A DNA stretch of 64,000 nt. Source: Octopus bimaculoides (Eukaryota). The notes under the pieces are model-generated. The model was not told where the DNA came from, made no database searches, and worked only from the letters and a program-made list of their open reading frames with translations. How positions within the stretch are numbered: the stretch's first letter is position 1; each line of letters begins with the position of its first letter. A program made the translations under genes and the position numbers. The DNA is taken from the NCBI RefSeq assembly GCF_001194135.2, contig NC_068983.1:48776828-48840827 (forward strand), given 5' to 3'. Shown in pieces: positions 63,581 to 64,000 of this stretch.

Positions 63581-64000
63581 TGCACACACGCACACATCAC
63601 ACACTGATACATATATATATANNNNNNNNNNNNNNNNNNNNNNNNNNNNNNNNNNNNNNNNNNNNNNNNNNNNNNNNNNNNNNNNNNNNNNNNNNNNNNN
63701 NNNNNNNNNNNNNNNNNNTACTCGTTTATGCGTGTCTAGTTGTTGCTTTCTGTGTAAAATTTTATATGCATCTGTCTGTAAATTTTATCAAGGCTGAGAC
63801 TAACCTCCCAGCCTGTACATTATAGTAAAAAGATTGGTTCAAGCATAAATGCCTGAATTTGTGTTGTGATTCCATCATTCGAACGGTTATTGCCAGAATA
63901 ATTGCTATTAAAGAAAAATGAATTCTGTGATGAAATTGATTTATCGTAAATATGGCTTGAAAAATTGGTCGAATAAGAAAGAAATTACACTTTGATATCG

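Overview
AT-rich, microsatellite-dense eukaryotic non-coding DNA from a gapped short-read assembly (8 N-runs, nearly all abutting (TA)n or (TG)n). The SINE families and composition resemble octopus (cephalopod) genomic DNA; this is inferred from recalled repeat sequences, not from a search. I recognise no intact host protein-coding gene, rRNA, functional tRNA or CRISPR array. Most ORFs in the supplied track are microsatellite or N read-throughs, or antisense shadows of repeats. The window is a transposon graveyard. It holds about 35 copies or fragments of four tRNA-derived SINE families (A-D), three CR1/L2-like LINE 3' pieces, five R4/Dong-type (restriction-like endonuclease) LINE remnants and an RTE remnant. 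It also holds two unrelated Penelope-like (GIY-YIG) elements, two colinear Helitron fragments, Tigger/pogo, mariner and DD37D (maT) transposase remnants, and an rve-type integrase remnant. The most interesting recurring signal is a set of degenerate minimal hammerhead-ribozyme-like motifs at Penelope-like termini (59.4 kb, 60.1 kb, 47.15 kb, plus weaker ones at 4.65 kb and 37.0 kb). Also notable: a long fold-back at 19.4-19.7 kb, an Illumina adapter remnant at 14874-14890, and a few unverified exon/sORF candidates.
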